From a virus (taxonomy: Duplodnaviria > Heunggongvirae > Uroviricota > Caudoviricetes): 39,600 nt of DNA. Shown here piece after piece: positions 7,143 through 16,806 of the stretch. Under the pieces are notes generated by a model. The model was not told where the DNA came from. It ran no database searches and was given only the letters and a program-made list of their open reading frames with translations. The DNA lies in IMG/VR virus record IMGVR_UViG_2563366930_000006, positions 1-39,600 of that record; one strand, written 5' to 3'. Positions within the stretch are counted from its first letter, which is position 1; every line of letters starts with the position of its first letter. A program made the translations under genes and the position numbers.

Positions 7143-9262
7143 CTGTCACTAGCGAGCCATGTAATAATCCCCGTGCGGGCAATGGTTTTTGCTTCATCTG
7201 TTGATAAGGTTTTCTCCCATCTCTTAAATGCCCCAGATTGCATCAGTTTCCTTTCTATTACGCGTCTCACTTCTGCTCTGTCTACTGGTGCGTTTTGCAG
7301 GCGAAATAGCATTGATTTAAACTCAGGAGAAGACAGTAGAGCATCAGCAGCCTTTATCCTGCTTGTTTTCCCTGACATCAATGCTGACGTTATCACCCCT
7401 GTTGCACCTACACCAGGAAGACCAGATAAGCTTGTAATACCTTCCGCCGCAGCAGCTTTTGAGGCTATTCCATAAATTTTTGCGAGACTACCCTTTTCTT
7501 TCAGAAAGTTATTAACTTGCTGATCCACAAGGCTGCTAGCATACTGCTTACCAGTATTGAGTCTATTCATAGCCTTGGCTGCTTGATAAATCGTATCAAG
7601 GCGCTTTGATGCATCTGTGCCAATAGCATCACGGAGAGCCTTCATATTGGCCCCATTGCGTGACATTCCGTTATACCATTTTACAAATCCATCAACCCCT
7701 AATTGCTGACCTGGTGATTTAGCATAGCTGGTAAATGCTTTATTCATTGAGGTGAGCGCAACTTCCTGCCGCATATCCTTTGGAATTGACTTCATTAATT
7801 GCCTAAAGTCACCACCGTTTCCTTTTGCCATATTAACAACGGCACTTTCAACTTTTGGAATTGCTGATTGCTGAAGTTTTCTACCCAAAACGGTTACGGC
7901 ATCATCTTCAATGGATTTTCGTGTTTTTACCAACTCCTTACCAAGCGTCCATAACTCCCCTGCGCCATATTTTTCTGCGACAGCCTGTTGGTCATCTGTT
8001 ATAGCCGCATATAACTTTTTAAGAACACCTGTTTCTTCATCCTTGAATGGGCCAGAGCCTTTGCCAATAGCTTGCCCAACCTGCTTTCTAGCGAGATCTA
8101 AACGCCCATACGTTGGCAAGGTGTTTGGATCAAGTCGGTTCAATGTCCGCTTCATTATTGGAGATAATTCATCAATTCCACCTATATCATCAGCAAAATC
8201 CTCTAAAAAATTCAATGTATTAGTTGCCTCAATCCGGTCTCTTACAGGAACCTTTTCGGCAATTTTGTTGTAGATGTTATCTGACTGATTTTGTAATGAT
8301 GAAATGGTTTTATCAAAATTATCTGCAAGCCTGTCAGAAACCAGTTGCTTATCAAGGCTTCCCCCAAATGAAGTTATCATTTCATCAGCTTTTCTTCCTA
8401 ATTCAGTAATAAAACGCTTATGCGCCTCACTAATCTCTGTTCCAGGGAGACTTGCCACTGCATTATCAAGAGCCCTGACAGCAGGATTATTAGAGATCAT
8501 GCCTGGAGTGGCATAATTTTCCAGTTCTAGCTCACGAATAGCATTTATCGCGTTAAAATCAGGATTAACTTCATCGGCGAAATCTTGAATAGCTCGTTGC
8601 CCGCCGATAAATTTATTGTCCATTGCGCCAGCAGCTTTCTTTAACGTTGCTTTAGATGATTTACTACCCATCCCTACGGATGAGCGATAAATATCTCCGG
8701 CACTATTTTTAATTTTTCCTGCAATCTTCCCAAGCGCTGGACCAACAATCTCTGCTACAGGGCCAGCCACAGCGCCAATAGCAGCTCCAGAAGCAACATC
8801 GCTATTTGTTCCATTGGCTACAATAGCCCCTTCTCCAGCACCAAGCCCTGCGGCGGCAGCCAGCCTTGCCGCCCCTTTCGGAACCTGAGAAATAATCCCA
8901 CCACCACTAACAAATGGCGCTGCTTGTCCAACAAACTCACCAACATCTTGTGCGGTTGATGGTTTTGCCGCTAACTTCTGCTGTAGAGACTGAATTGCGG
9001 CTTGCTCTTCTGGTGTCATATCCTGAAACAGGCCAACACCTTTACCAACATCCATCAATCCACTGAGAACGCCATACATAAAACGGTCGAAACCGTTAGC
9101 ATTATTAACAACATTTTCCTGTCTGGAATTTTCCTCTGGTGAAACCAAAGGAGATTGCTGCTGTTCTGGTTGGGAATCAAGCACAAAGCCATCAGGAAGT
9201 TGTGAGTTATCAGGCTGTTCATCCAGAACAAACCCCTCTGGTAAACCTACATTGGTTGCCAT
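7139..9262 (-). CDS. Ejection / DNA-transfer protein, gene 16 position
   Basis: 707 aa ORF last in the 7-20-16 ejection-protein series; Gly/Ala-rich central region; assigned by position. Confidence 0.65.
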   Translation of the reverse strand: MATNVGLPEGFVLDEQPDNSQLPDGFVLDSQPEQQQSPLVSPEENSRQENVVNNANGFDRFMYGVLSGLMDVGKGVGLFQDMTPEEQAAIQSLQQKLAAKPSTAQDVGEFVGQAAPFVSGGGIISQVPKGAARLAAAAGLGAGEGAIVANGTNSDVASGAAIGAVAGPVAEIVGPALGKIAGKIKNSAGDIYRSSVGMGSKSSKATLKKAAGAMDNKFIGGQRAIQDFADEVNPDFNAINAIRELELENYATPGMISNNPAVRALDNAVASLPGTEISEAHKRFITELGRKADEMITSFGGSLDKQLVSDRLADNFDKTISSLQNQSDNIYNKIAEKVPVRDRIEATNTLNFLEDFADDIGGIDELSPIMKRTLNRLDPNTLPTYGRLDLARKQVGQAIGKGSGPFKDEETGVLKKLYAAITDDQQAVAEKYGAGELWTLGKELVKTRKSIEDDAVTVLGRKLQQSAIPKVESAVVNMAKGNGGDFRQLMKSIPKDMRQEVALTSMNKAFTSYAKSPGQQLGVDGFVKWYNGMSRNGANMKALRDAIGTDASKRLDTIYQAAKAMNRLNTGKQYASSLVDQQVNNFLKEKGSLAKIYGIASKAAAAEGITSLSGLPGVGATGVITSALMSGKTSRIKAADALLSSPEFKSMLFRLQNAPVDRAEVRRVIERKLMQSGAFKRWEKTLSTDEAKTIARTGIITWLASDS

Positions 9263-10587
9263 TGTCCGTTCCTGTAAATAATTTTCTGACCAGTTTTAGG
9301 ATTTTTCGCGGTCATACCTTCTCGAAATGTTTGACCGCCAGATGTTGCTTGTTGTGTCTGTTGTTGCGCAGGCTGCTGAATATCTTCATACAGCTTGGCT
9401 TTTCTGGATTGCAATTGCTTAGTTAGTCCGCTGGGGAGAGAATCTCCATAAGTTGAAAGATAATCATCCATTTGCTGATTAAACTTTTCGCCTTCAGTAT
9501 TTGCCATCAGTTTTGAGGTGTTGATTAAGTCTTGGACTTGCTCATTATTCAGCATCTTGCCGTTAGATAATTGGCTAACATAGTTACCAAGTGTGCCGAA
9601 TATTCCATCAGTGCGTTTTACCTGCACTTGCTCACCTTCGCGTACCACAGATTGCGGATCCAGCGATTTCATATAGTTGAAAATCATTCCCAACTGCGCG
9701 GCTGGAGTGTTGCGCTTCCCAAGGGCTTGTAGGTTGTCAGAAGCACTGCGCATTGCAGAATAATTCTTTGAGAACCCATTAATATCACTATTCAGATCTC
9801 GAACAAGTTTTGGGTCAATCTTTCCGCTTTCCTGTTGTTTCATCCCTAATTCCTGCAACTTCAGGGCTACGTTATCATTATGCATTTGTGCCCGCTGAGC
9901 CCTGTCTAGTTGAGCGTTTTGGATATTTGCCCATCCTCTCGCGTTCTCCATGTCAGCCTGACGGATGCTTTCATCCAATCGCCCTTTCTCAAGTTGGCGA
10001 CCAGCCATCTTGTCCTGAACATTGAAGTAATCAATCGGACCAAGAGCAGCCATTCCAAGGTGATCAACAAACTCACCAAATCCTGAAGGATTCTGCTGAT
10101 ACATCTGAGCAACGTTATTAGGGTCAACACCGACGCGAGTCAGTTCCCTGGCGTTGTTTTGCAGCCATGATTGCATTGCTTCTGGAGACGATGCTGCAAG
10201 ACGAGCGCCAGCCGCTAAGGTGCCAATAGAATTGCGCTGGTCTTCATCAATGAATCCCATGCCTTTACGAACAGATTCAATCTGGTCTGGATATTGAGTA
10301 GCCAACTGACGCAAAGCACCACGATCACCAGACGAATAGGCATTAGCGTATGCCTGCTGAAATTCTTTCTGCCGCTGAGCCTGCTTTTCCTGCTGAAACA
10401 CCCCCGCAATACCTGAAAGGCCTTGCAAAGCAGTCAGCCCAACATTGTTAGCGCCTGAACGCTCAATATCATTGTTCTGCCTGATAAGCTGAAGCGTATT
10501 GCCGATGTCATTTACGCTCGGAGCGTTTGAGTTGACGCCGCCGATACCAGCCAACAATCCGCCATTTGATCCTTGCCAAGTAGCCAT
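9247..10587 (-). CDS. Ejection / DNA-transfer protein, gene 20 position
   Basis: 446 aa ORF between the gp7-like and gp16-like genes; assigned by synteny. Confidence 0.65.
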   Translation of the reverse strand: MATWQGSNGGLLAGIGGVNSNAPSVNDIGNTLQLIRQNNDIERSGANNVGLTALQGLSGIAGVFQQEKQAQRQKEFQQAYANAYSSGDRGALRQLATQYPDQIESVRKGMGFIDEDQRNSIGTLAAGARLAASSPEAMQSWLQNNARELTRVGVDPNNVAQMYQQNPSGFGEFVDHLGMAALGPIDYFNVQDKMAGRQLEKGRLDESIRQADMENARGWANIQNAQLDRAQRAQMHNDNVALKLQELGMKQQESGKIDPKLVRDLNSDINGFSKNYSAMRSASDNLQALGKRNTPAAQLGMIFNYMKSLDPQSVVREGEQVQVKRTDGIFGTLGNYVSQLSNGKMLNNEQVQDLINTSKLMANTEGEKFNQQMDDYLSTYGDSLPSGLTKQLQSRKAKLYEDIQQPAQQQTQQATSGGQTFREGMTAKNPKTGQKIIYRNGQWQPM

Positions 10588-10596
10588 GATTACCCC

Positions 10597-11292
10597 TTAA
10601 AACAACGAGCCAAGCAGGCCAAGTCCGCCGCCAATTGCCGCACCTAATCCAGTGCCAAGTCCGGGAACAATAGAGCCAAGAGCAGCGCCAGTCATAGCCC
10701 CTGAAGCTCCGCCGCTAATTGCTGTCTGAAGGCCTGATGGTTTATTGGCGTTAGCAGCGGCAAGTGCTGCGCTTTGCTGCGCAATGCTGCTCATGTTGTT
10801 GGCGTATGTCTGCCCGGCGTTCGCCTGACCTTGCAGCGCACCAAGGCCAATGTTTGCCAGATTGTTGTAGTTGCTCATCTGGTTCGACAACCACGACTGA
10901 CCGAGAGTCGGGGCAATCGTGGCCAGTTGATTGCTTGTGGCTGTCGAGCCAAGTCCCCCCGTCGCCTCCGCAGCAGCAAGACTCTGGTAACGAGCCTGGC
11001 CTGCAAGGTCTTTATACTGCTGAGAGTTATAATACTGATTAAGTGCCTGCCCTTGGCCTTCTAAACTGGAAAGATTCTGAAGCTGGTTAACATACTGCTC
11101 CGCAAGCGGCGTGAACGGAGCAAGGTTTTTCATGATCGTCTGCCACTGCTGATTTTGCAGGTCTGCGGCATACTTCTGAGCTTCTGCTGCATACTTTGCG
11201 CTTTTATCAGAACTGCCACCTTTCCCGCCTTTTTCAGGGTAATAAGGTTCCTCGCCGCGCAGTTTTCTGCCCAGCTTAAATGCATATAACAT
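10597..11292 (-). CDS. Ejection protein gp7-like
   Basis: N-terminus MLYAFKLGRKLRGEEPYYPEKGGKGGSS resembles P22 gp7. Confidence 0.75.
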   Translation of the reverse strand: MLYAFKLGRKLRGEEPYYPEKGGKGGSSDKSAKYAAEAQKYAADLQNQQWQTIMKNLAPFTPLAEQYVNQLQNLSSLEGQGQALNQYYNSQQYKDLAGQARYQSLAAAEATGGLGSTATSNQLATIAPTLGQSWLSNQMSNYNNLANIGLGALQGQANAGQTYANNMSSIAQQSAALAAANANKPSGLQTAISGGASGAMTGAALGSIVPGLGTGLGAAIGGGLGLLGSLF

Positions 11293-11294
11293 GG

Positions 11295-11750
11295 CTATCT
11301 CCCGTGCTTCAGGAAGTCGATTAGTTCTTCGCGTGTGGCGCTGTAAAACGTCACGTCATCCACGCCTTTGAAGTATTTCTTGATGGTTCCTACACGCTTA
11401 AGGCCAATCATTGCGCAGTACATCTGCCCGTGGCGGAATTTGCGTGCAGCGAACGATGTGACGCACTGAACGGTGGTGTTAGTCAGAATGTATCGCCAGA
11501 ACGCCAGCCCGATTTCCTTGCTGAAGCCGCGAATCTCTGGCAGGTACATGGCGTGGCAATCAAAGGTCAGCGGCTGAATCTCCTGATAGTAAACAATTCC
11601 GCCGAACTGCCCGTGCACGTTCACCTCAAAGTAACGGCATTCAGGTTTGTAGTCGTATCCATCACCGTTGTTGCTCCCGGCGATAATGTCAGGGTGATTT
11701 CCTACGGCTTCTATCAGGTCGATGTTTCGCGTTGGTTTGAATGTAATCAT
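11295..11750 (-). CDS. gp14-like head assembly / DNA stabilisation protein
   Basis: 151 aa ORF between the tail needle and gp7 genes, as gene 14 is in P22. Confidence 0.65.
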   Translation of the reverse strand: MITFKPTRNIDLIEAVGNHPDIIAGSNNGDGYDYKPECRYFEVNVHGQFGGIVYYQEIQPLTFDCHAMYLPEIRGFSKEIGLAFWRYILTNTTVQCVTSFAARKFRHGQMYCAMIGLKRVGTIKKYFKGVDDVTFYSATREELIDFLKHGR

Positions 11751-12451
11751 CAGTCAATCAGCCCATGTAATCTAAGTGCCGTTTCAAGCGCCAGAATACG
11801 CTGCCGCGCCTGCTGCAAACCTGTAGCGAGGGCTGCGACTTCGGATTGTGTGTACGTAGTGCCGACTGTGTATGACTGGTTAGCGTTGAATGAGCCAAGA
11901 AGAGGTGTACCTGTGGCTGCAGTCCATCCGGTATTTCTTGCTCCAACAACCTGAATTCCATCAACTGAATATGATGTTTTTACATCCAGCGGTGACGCAA
12001 GAGACTGCAATTCTGTTACGGTTTTCGATACGTAATCACTCTTAATGCCAGAGACATCGTTTTCTACGTCATCCAGTCTTTGGTCAACAGTGACCAGATG
12101 CCCCTGAATATCGATAACCTCATCCAGCAAGTAATCAACATCGCTACGCAGTACGACTATCTTCCCTTCGGCGGTTGTTAACCTGACCTCAAGGAGATTT
12201 ATCGCTTTTGTGTTTGCGGTGATTCTTGCGTCGTGATCAGCCAGTTCTACGTCCTGTTCATCGTTTTTTACCTGGGCATCGTAAGCGCCCTGACCAGCCT
12301 GATTTGCCTTCCCAGCAATTGCACCGACATCAGCTCCCTGATTTATGACATACAGCAGGTAAGACTGGCTGAATATATTGCGTGGCAAAATTGAAGCATC
12401 AAGGCGCGTAGCCTGAACCACGACAGGATCATTCAGTGATGAATCAACCAT
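11750..12451 (-). CDS. Tail needle protein gp26-like
   Basis: 233 aa; [29 protein letters not shown] and C-terminal [22 protein letters not shown] resemble P22 gp26. Confidence 0.9.
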   Translation of the reverse strand: MVDSSLNDPVVVQATRLDASILPRNIFSQSYLLYVINQGADVGAIAGKANQAGQGAYDAQVKNDEQDVELADHDARITANTKAINLLEVRLTTAEGKIVVLRSDVDYLLDEVIDIQGHLVTVDQRLDDVENDVSGIKSDYVSKTVTELQSLASPLDVKTSYSVDGIQVVGARNTGWTAATGTPLLGSFNANQSYTVGTTYTQSEVAALATGLQQARQRILALETALRLHGLID

Positions 12452-13869
12452 TACTCAATCCTTATCTGGCAGCCTGAGAGAGTGACAGGTGACTTAGTGA
12501 TAACGCGCAATTTGAAGCCGACATTTTTCCTGATGCGTCCGACCCGCTTCCACAAAACGCGTTTGTCGTAAACGAACGGTTCATTCTGCTCAATCATCTG
12601 CTCACGCCCGTAATTGATGCCGTCAGTGGTTGCAGAGAGAAAAAGGCGGTCAGCATACTGCGCAACTCCAGTTGACGATTCAACTTCAAGGTCGAAAACT
12701 CTGGCGTTATCCGCTTTGAACAACGGAGTAAACAGCAGGTGTTCCTGCTGCTTGTCGTACTGGCTGCTGATATCGAACTGCAATTTCCCGGTCACGGATT
12801 CCAGCTTATCGCCGCACGTTATCTGATTGCCTTCGTAAATGAAGTCGATAGCGCGGTACACATCGTCATACAAGCCAGTTTTCAACACACACCATTGCGA
12901 ACCATTGGCGCTTGAAGATGCGTCGTACACGAGAACATGGCGCGGAAGGTGGATAATCAGCAACTCATGAGCATCAAATCGCAGCGATTCCATCACACCA
13001 TCAGCCAGTTCATCAGCAGTGTAGGAGCGGAGGATTTTCTCAATGCTCGCGCTGGCGATTGGTGACACCTGACCGGAACCGATGATGTACACAGACGGCG
13101 CACCTGTTGCCGGATTGCTGATGAACGCATACGAATCAGCAAACGGCGTTTTGCAGTAAGTCCCGGCAATGCCTTTCTGCACCATCAGCGATGGCTGTGC
13201 GACATACAAAGCAGCACCAACTGTGGTTGCACCAGTCAGGGAGAAATATTCAATCGTCGATGAGCCAAAGCAGACGATGAAGTCTCGCCATGTTCCGATG
13301 CCGATGATGCCGTCAGGCTGTGATTCTGCCCGATATTGTGCGCTGTAGCGGTCAGGATGCGATTCGTCTTCAAGATCAGTGATAAACCATGAATCAGTAC
13401 CGTCTTTTGACCACGCATAACGCCCACGTAAGCGAGTAATGTCACGAACCGAACCTAATTCATACTGCGTAAATCCGCTGTCTGCAGGCCAGTTTGAGAC
13501 GGTTTTAACCGTGCCATCATAGCGATACTCGAAAAGTTGACCATTAACGCCTACCGCCTGTGATGTCCGACCATGCGCCATTGATACGCGACCACTTCCG
13601 GCAACATCACCGACTTCACTTTCTCCTTTGTACAGCTTGCCACCACACACGCGATAAACAGCATTCTGCGCCATGTTGTACTCGACGCCTCGAGATACAC
13701 CGTTCACATCAGAACGTTTTGCAATGCCCGGGAATGAGCGAAGATATCCGCTGCTGTTAAGGATTTCTTTGGGTGTAGCCAACATATTTACTGGCAGATA
13801 GTCGATATAGTCGGCGTTTCGAAAGTCTTTGCCGACACCTTTCATAAGCGGAAGTTGCTGAATCGGCAT
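12451..13869 (-). CDS. Tail hub / head completion protein gp10-like
   Basis: 472 aa; [49 protein letters not shown] nearly identical to P22 gp10 as recalled. Confidence 0.9.
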   Translation of the reverse strand: MPIQQLPLMKGVGKDFRNADYIDYLPVNMLATPKEILNSSGYLRSFPGIAKRSDVNGVSRGVEYNMAQNAVYRVCGGKLYKGESEVGDVAGSGRVSMAHGRTSQAVGVNGQLFEYRYDGTVKTVSNWPADSGFTQYELGSVRDITRLRGRYAWSKDGTDSWFITDLEDESHPDRYSAQYRAESQPDGIIGIGTWRDFIVCFGSSTIEYFSLTGATTVGAALYVAQPSLMVQKGIAGTYCKTPFADSYAFISNPATGAPSVYIIGSGQVSPIASASIEKILRSYTADELADGVMESLRFDAHELLIIHLPRHVLVYDASSSANGSQWCVLKTGLYDDVYRAIDFIYEGNQITCGDKLESVTGKLQFDISSQYDKQQEHLLFTPLFKADNARVFDLEVESSTGVAQYADRLFLSATTDGINYGREQMIEQNEPFVYDKRVLWKRVGRIRKNVGFKLRVITKSPVTLSGCQIRIE

Positions 13870-13878
13870 TTATTCACC

Positions 13879-14340
13879 TCACGTACTCGGATCATCTTTC
13901 TCGATGTAAAACCGATTCCACGTAAACGCGCTTTTGTTACCACTACCGCGAGGCATGTCATTTCGTCGCTCAAGTGGTGGTATTTTGGTTAAAGCGATAC
14001 AGATTGTCTGATATGCACTGTCAGCAGCGGTAAGGAGAGCGTCTGACGGCTGAATGACGTTATCCATGCACACTTGCACAGCGAGTTTCAAAGCGACGCC
14101 ATCATTTGCCCATGCAGGGATACCTGAATCATCGTCAGGTAACGGCATGATGCCGTTTTCTGTATCAGCAAACTGATACCCAAGCTCGATACCTTTAGCC
14201 TGCCATGCTGCCATCATGTCTTCGAGGTCATTAATGGCATCTTCAATTGCCTGAGGGTCAGCATCTGTCAACGTGGCATTGGAATACAGCCCGGCTTTTC
14301 GTAAAGCCTTAAGAACGAGATCACCCTTCGTTTTCGCCAT
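13879..14340 (-). CDS. Tail accessory factor gp4-like
   Basis: KTKGDLVLKALRKAGLYSNATLTDADPQAIEDAINDLEDMMAAW resembles P22 gp4. Confidence 0.85.
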   Translation of the reverse strand: MAKTKGDLVLKALRKAGLYSNATLTDADPQAIEDAINDLEDMMAAWQAKGIELGYQFADTENGIMPLPDDDSGIPAWANDGVALKLAVQVCMDNVIQPSDALLTAADSAYQTICIALTKIPPLERRNDMPRGSGNKSAFTWNRFYIEKDDPST

Positions 14341-14509
14341 CTTCTTCCGCCTTAGCCACTTTTTGCTTCGTTGCGGTTTCTTCAGGAGTTTTTACCCAGC
14401 CTTTTTTCAGGTGAGATTTAACTTCTTCGTCATCAACAATGATGTAATCGACAGCAAACTGACCACAGGTGATCATGTTGCCAGGCTTATAGAGCATTGT
14501 TCGTGCCAT
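14321..14509 (-). CDS. Small hypothetical protein between the coat and gp4 genes (63 aa)
   Basis: ATG at 14509 preceded by GGGAGAAG RBS; the longer ORF start at 14548 would include the terminator hairpin. Confidence 0.5.
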   Translation of the reverse strand: MARTMLYKPGNMITCGQFAVDYIIVDDEEVKSHLKKGWVKTPEETATKQKVAKAEEDGENEG

Positions 14510-14520
14510 TGTCTTCTCCC

Positions 14521-14546
14521 AATAAAAATGGGGCCGAAGCCCCACC
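14521..14546 (-). terminator. Intrinsic terminator immediately after the coat gene
   Basis: Minus strand reads UGGGGC-UUCG-GCCCCA then UUUUUAUU, directly after the coat stop. Confidence 0.55.
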
Positions 14547-14550
14547 AAAA

Positions 14551-15804
14551 TTACTGCCCGGCAATAACGATGCCCGTATATTCAGGAACCAGTACAGAGC
14601 AACCGTACAGAGTGGTGAAACGTGCAGTGGTTACGCCTTTGATGTGGTCGAAGGCGTAAGACATGATCAGCGTAGCGCCCTGCTCGGTGGTTGCTGTCAT
14701 TACCTGTGGCCCCTGACCAGTCGGGAATGCCAGTTTGCCGTACATCAGTTCAACAGAACCATCAGCCCAGAACAGGTTAGCCGGTGCGGCATTTTTGTTG
14801 AGAATGGTAATTGCTGCACCATTTGCCGCGTTAGCATCAACGTTTGCATATGGACGGCTGGCGACATCCGCGTTGTCAGGCGGCAAAATTTTCGGGGAGA
14901 TAGTTACTGTCGTTCCGCTAACTGCCAGAACGCGGAATACCTGCGGCTGCCCGGTGGTGTCTTTGGTGATCTGGTGTACAGAATTCACCCCTGCAATGGT
15001 AAATGCATCGCCAACCTGCAAACCAGATGCAGATACCGTAATGGTCCCCTGTCGGTTATCCACTGGCATATCGTTGGCGTCTTTCGCTTCAACCTTGTGC
15101 GCAGGTTCGGCCGCCAGCGTAATGGAAGTCGCAGTCCCTTTCGGAACACGACCAGAAATATCGGTCTTGTAGCTATCAAAGGAAGCAATCGGAGGGATCT
15201 GCGCTTTTTCGTATGCTGTCAGGGTTGCGCCCTGAGCGTAGGCACGGTGACCAAGCTCGCCAGCAAGGTCTTTGTAGTTGAAGGGGTTCCAGAAAGAGCG
15301 ACGGTTGATACCCTGCGGTACACCAATCGCCGTCATGGTGGCATCAATACCTGCCGCACAGTTCCACAAATCACGGCCCTGTGAACCAGTGGTTGAGTCA
15401 GCCATTGTGATCACGTTAGTAGCACGCTGCGTGACCATGGAAATCAGGTCAGAGTCAATCTGTGCAGCAAGGCGCATACCTGCGGCGCGACCAGCTTCAG
15501 TTTTATGTTCCGGGTCACGCATTTCACGCGCATCCAGAGTGTACAGAATGTTTTTAGGCTCCTTGAACACAGAAGGAACAAGGCGCTGAACCAGTGCTGT
15601 TGGCGTTTTGCTGCTGAGGTCGAGGCCTTCCTCAATGTTCATGTGGTAATGCTGCGGACGATACAGAACATCACCTGCTCGCTGCATTGCTGTATCACCG
15701 GGACGGAATTTTTTAGCGTTACGGGAAACTACGCAGGCGGCCTCAAAGCCTTCAACGTAGTTTTCGAACATGATTTCAAGGTCTTTTGCTAATTGGTTAG
15801 CCAT
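14551..15804 (-). CDS. Major capsid (coat) protein, P22/Sf6 type
   Basis: 417 aa ORF in the coat position with P22-coat-like length and composition. Confidence 0.9.
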   Translation of the reverse strand: MANQLAKDLEIMFENYVEGFEAACVVSRNAKKFRPGDTAMQRAGDVLYRPQHYHMNIEEGLDLSSKTPTALVQRLVPSVFKEPKNILYTLDAREMRDPEHKTEAGRAAGMRLAAQIDSDLISMVTQRATNVITMADSTTGSQGRDLWNCAAGIDATMTAIGVPQGINRRSFWNPFNYKDLAGELGHRAYAQGATLTAYEKAQIPPIASFDSYKTDISGRVPKGTATSITLAAEPAHKVEAKDANDMPVDNRQGTITVSASGLQVGDAFTIAGVNSVHQITKDTTGQPQVFRVLAVSGTTVTISPKILPPDNADVASRPYANVDANAANGAAITILNKNAAPANLFWADGSVELMYGKLAFPTGQGPQVMTATTEQGATLIMSYAFDHIKGVTTARFTTLYGCSVLVPEYTGIVIAGQ

Positions 15805-15822
15805 GCTTAATGCTCCGATAGG

Positions 15823-16716
15823 TTATTTTTTTGCCTTTTTAGCGGCGAAATACGGCGTCCAGTCACCAGTTTCCAGCGCCTTGGCTTTCAATTTGTCGAG
15901 GTTGTTGATTACTGCGCCGTTGCTCCCCTTAACTGTCGGGGTTGTGGCTGCCGTGGTTTTTGCTTTTGGCATGATTCTGGCCTTCGATTCGATACGTTCC
16001 AGCAGACGACCAATTGCTACGGGGTTGGTAGCTTCTGCCAGTTGCTTGCGCAGTTCAGCGTTGCGACCGAGTGCCAGAACAACGATTTCCGGCTTCTCTG
16101 ACTCAAACAGGATCGCGTTTTGTGTCTCGATGGGGATTTCCTCGAGTACGGCCTGTTCTGCTTCCTGATAGCCAGGAACCTTGAGAGCCTTAACACGTTG
16201 CTGATATTTGGATAATCGCTCTTGATAGGCAGCCTGAAGCTCCTGCTCCTTCTGCTTGCGAGCTATCTCCTGTTGCTGGTACTTGCCGTTATCCTCTGCC
16301 CACTTAGCCATGCGTTGCTGATAGATTTCTTCATCGAAACCGATGTCCTCATCATCCAGTTTTGGCATTCGCGGTGGTTGAGTGATTACCGGCTGCTGCT
16401 CGACGGGTTTCTGAGACTGACGCATCAGCTCTTTCAGCTCGCGGTCTTTCTCTTTAATCGTCTTGCGCAGGTGTTTTACCAGTCCATGCTCTGCGCTATC
16501 TTCGCTGGTTGGCGAATCCAGCTTTTCGTCACCAAAGTAGAATTCCTGTTCTGATTCGTCGTCATCAGTGTCAGTAGCTTCCTCTGCATCATTTCCTGAG
16601 GACTCACTGCCATCTGCTGTTTCGACTTCTTCAGCCAGTTCGACATCATCAGGAATCTGCTCTGACGCGTCGGTTTCGATTTCAACTTCTGGTGTGTTTT
16701 CTGCCATCTGGTCCAT
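15823..16716 (-). CDS. Scaffolding protein
   Basis: Highly acidic N-terminus, coiled-coil-rich, between the portal and coat genes. Confidence 0.8.
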   Translation of the reverse strand: MDQMAENTPEVEIETDASEQIPDDVELAEEVETADGSESSGNDAEEATDTDDDESEQEFYFGDEKLDSPTSEDSAEHGLVKHLRKTIKEKDRELKELMRQSQKPVEQQPVITQPPRMPKLDDEDIGFDEEIYQQRMAKWAEDNGKYQQQEIARKQKEQELQAAYQERLSKYQQRVKALKVPGYQEAEQAVLEEIPIETQNAILFESEKPEIVVLALGRNAELRKQLAEATNPVAIGRLLERIESKARIMPKAKTTAATTPTVKGSNGAVINNLDKLKAKALETGDWTPYFAAKKAKK

Positions 16717-16806
16717 TTGTTACCCCTGTTTACTCGATGTTCAGCCCATCGGAAGGCAATAGGGTGCCAGGCCTCATAAAGACAGCCATTGCACGTTATG
16801 GGTTAA

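Noticed and set aside
14497-15384. 295-aa plus-strand ORF and other long antisense ORFs inside structural genes (for example 11430-11954 and 223-483)
   Set aside because: They lie antisense within well-supported, closely packed virion genes, have Cys/Arg-rich composition typical of reverse-frame GC-rich sequence, and have no RBS or recognisable domains.
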